Assembly (NCBI GenBank): GCA_964255285.1
Contig: CAXUUL010000039.1
Span: 1 to 49,127 of the forward strand
Source: Ionaspis alba
Taxonomy: Eukaryota
Length of the DNA stretch: 49,127 nt
Reading direction: 5' to 3'
A program made the position numbers and the translations under genes. How positions within the stretch are numbered: the stretch's first letter is position 1; each line of letters starts with the position of its first letter. Below the pieces are notes generated by a model. The model did not search any database. It was given only the letters and a program-made list of their open reading frames with translations, and had not been told where the DNA came from. This document shows positions 48,310 to 49,127 of this stretch, in pieces.

Positions 48310-49127
48310 TCACGCAAGGATTCCTTCAATGCGTTGTCTGAGCCATAACCATGATCTTCTGACAACTGAACCATTGCTAGCCTTGCTGTCCATATCTGGA
48401 AGTCGTCGAATCCTCTCAATTGGCCTCTGAGACTGAATCTCCTTTTCAGAGAACCAAGTGCCGTGAAGGCCATATGGTACTCGCTGGGGCAACTGCACTT
48501 TTGCCACAACATTCCTCATATTCCTTGCATCAATGATCCAGAGCTCGCTCTTCGCGTCGGGCATGCACTCTCCAGACGCATCGAGCTGACTCTCGTCAAA
48601 GACGTAGCTAAGCAGCCAGCCATCATCTTCTGCAACACCGTTCGCACGGGGAACAAAGCGTGGTTCTTGCGCGTACCAGCCTGGTGGCATCTGGAACATC
48701 TTGATTGGGTCGTCCGGATCCTGGCTAGCCAGTACTTCGTCCACATTCCGTGTGTCTACGCAACCTTTGATTTGCATTGGTGGTTGTCGAAGTCCTCGCT
48801 CGATCAAAACTGTTACGTCGATCTTGACGAGAGAGTTAATCTTGACAGCTCGTCCTAGCGCAGCACCGAAAGAGCCTCCTGAGACAGAGCATCCGTAGAT
48901 ATACCTGGCTGCGGACATGGAGGCTGAATCTCTCAAGGTTGGGAACTCGAAAGGTATTGCAGACAATGCCCATTGATGACTGATTGGGCCTATAGTGGTA
49001 GCATGCGATCCAAGGTCAACAGTATTGGGGGCCAGTGGGAACTGGTAGTAGTAGAGCTGGCATTTTTCTTCTTCCTGCATATGCTTGGGTATAGCTTGAG
49101 ATGGAACAGGAGCAGCGAGATCACCAG
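48310..49127 (-). CDS. Carotenoid oxygenase / RPE65 / lignostilbene dioxygenase family protein, 3' part (5' end beyond window)
   Basis: PFEFP, YIYGC, QEPRFVPR..EDDGWLLSYVFDE, SELWIIDA and LPQRVPYGLHGTW (last Fe-binding His). The frame is open to the window edge. Confidence 0.92.
   Translation of the reverse strand, partial: GDLAAPVPSQAIPKHMQEEEKCQLYYYQFPLAPNTVDLGSHATTIGPISHQWALSAIPFEFPTLRDSASMSAARYIYGCSVSGGSFGAALGRAVKINSLVKIDVTVLIERGLRQPPMQIKGCVDTRNVDEVLASQDPDDPIKMFQMPPGWYAQEPRFVPRANGVAEDDGWLLSYVFDESQLDASGECMPDAKSELWIIDARNMRNVVAKVQLPQRVPYGLHGTWFSEKEIQSQRPIERIRRLPDMDSKASNGSVVRRSWLWLRQRIEGILA

Noticed and set aside
46644..49127. KEP-like gene plus carotenoid oxygenase as a dikaritin-type RiPP cluster
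   Set aside because: Carotenoid oxygenases are not known peptide-tailoring enzymes and no DUF3328 gene is visible. Adjacency alone is insufficient, although genes beyond the window end are unseen.

Overview
Eukaryotic, intron-containing DNA from a filamentous ascomycete (Pezizomycotina-type genes; GT-AG introns mostly 47-65 nt with CTAAC/CTGAC branch sites). I can model 18 protein-coding genes, only two on the + strand: an ARM-repeat Vid28/ARMC8-like protein, an Nha1/Sod2-family Na+/H+ antiporter, an F-box protein, annexin ANXC4, an AspE-type septin, a secreted Vps62-like protein, a single-TM orphan, a TOK K+ channel, a DOPA 4,5-dioxygenase-family protein, a Ser/Thr-rich GPI wall protein, a bacterial-looking flavoprotein disulfide reductase, two hypotheticals, an MFS monocarboxylate transporter, a VOC/glyoxalase, a Ded1/Vasa-like DEAD-box helicase, a secreted repeat-peptide precursor and the 3' part of a carotenoid oxygenase. 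The best candidate for an undescribed system is the three-exon gene at 46644-47532 (-). It encodes a ~234-aa precursor with a signal peptide and four C-x5-C-(I/L)-(K/R)KR units, consistent with a Kex2-processed precursor of disulfide-looped peptides. Other notable points are a GG in place of AG at the MFS intron acceptor, two introns in the helicase 5' UTR, and a gene-poor 41.6-46.6 kb block containing a 16-bp hairpin. There are seven 100-N scaffold gaps; three are flanked by exact 55-nt duplications, which are assembly artefacts. I recognised no rRNA, tRNA, CRISPR array or intact transposon. All family assignments come from motif recognition by eye, not database searches.
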